A stretch of DNA of 16,699 nucleotides from an uncultured Verrucomicrobiae bacterium (lineage in GTDB: Bacteria > Chlamydiota > Chlamydiia > Chlamydiales > Rhabdochlamydiaceae). The stretch is from positions 1 to 16,699 of the forward strand of contig CAWEXY010000005.1 of the NCBI GenBank assembly GCA_963813135.1, written 5' to 3'. A program made the translations under genes and the position numbers. Under the pieces are notes generated by a model, which did not search any database, was not told the DNA's origin, and worked only from the letters and a program-made list of their open reading frames with translations. Each line of letters opens with the position of its first letter. Position 1 is the first letter of the stretch. Positions 16,581 through 16,699 of the stretch are shown one piece after another.

Positions 16581-16699
16581 AAAAATGGTATAGAGACGGA
16601 CTCCGATTCCAATGCACCGGATGCGGCAAATGCTGCACGGGAGCGCCGGGTTATGTTTGGGTCACCCCCGAAGAGATCGAAGAAATTGCGGCCTCTCTG
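16574..16699 (+). CDS. YkgJ-family (CxxCxxCC) cysteine-cluster protein, partial
   Basis: Not in the ORF track. GTG 16574 gives MVKKWYRDGLRFQCTGCGKCCTGAPGYVWVTPEEIEEIAASL and runs off the window. Confidence 0.82.
   Translation, partial: MVKKWYRDGLRFQCTGCGKCCTGAPGYVWVTPEEIEEIAASL

Noticed and set aside
1..16699. CRISPR array, tRNA/rRNA, integrase/transposase or a recognisable anti-phage system (PLD plus kinase considered)
   Set aside because: No regularly spaced repeats, RNA gene signatures or recombinases were seen. The PLD lacks the helicase/ATPase partners typical of PLD-based defence systems.

Overview
Gene-dense bacterial window, most likely from an environmental Chlamydiota-type intracellular bacterium. 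That assignment is an inference from a groES-less GroEL paralog, a SulP, a eukaryote-like carrier and the icc-like/YkgJ cluster. Left half (1-9181): one continuous minus-strand run of 11 genes. In order these are an MFS transporter, a mitochondrial-carrier-family protein, a GNAT, NudI, a GDPD, an ABC-2 permease, a PLD, an adenylate-kinase-like protein, an acyltransferase-3, an alpha/beta hydrolase and a partial DUF1254 protein. The run is headed by a TPP riboswitch whose aptamer is split in two by a ~168-bp palindromic MITE-like insertion in the J2/4 junction. Right half: SAM methyltransferase, degenerate type III pantothenate-kinase-like protein, GroEL paralog and 2OG-Fe(II) oxygenase (+), then a convergent SulP (-). 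These are followed by a basic protein, a metallophosphoesterase and a YkgJ-like gene (+); the first two carry three single-base frameshifts at or next to homopolymer runs. The most striking items are the interrupted TPP riboswitch and the bacterial mitochondrial-carrier gene translationally coupled directly behind the TPP-controlled transporter. All calls are by-eye motif recognition; no searches were run.
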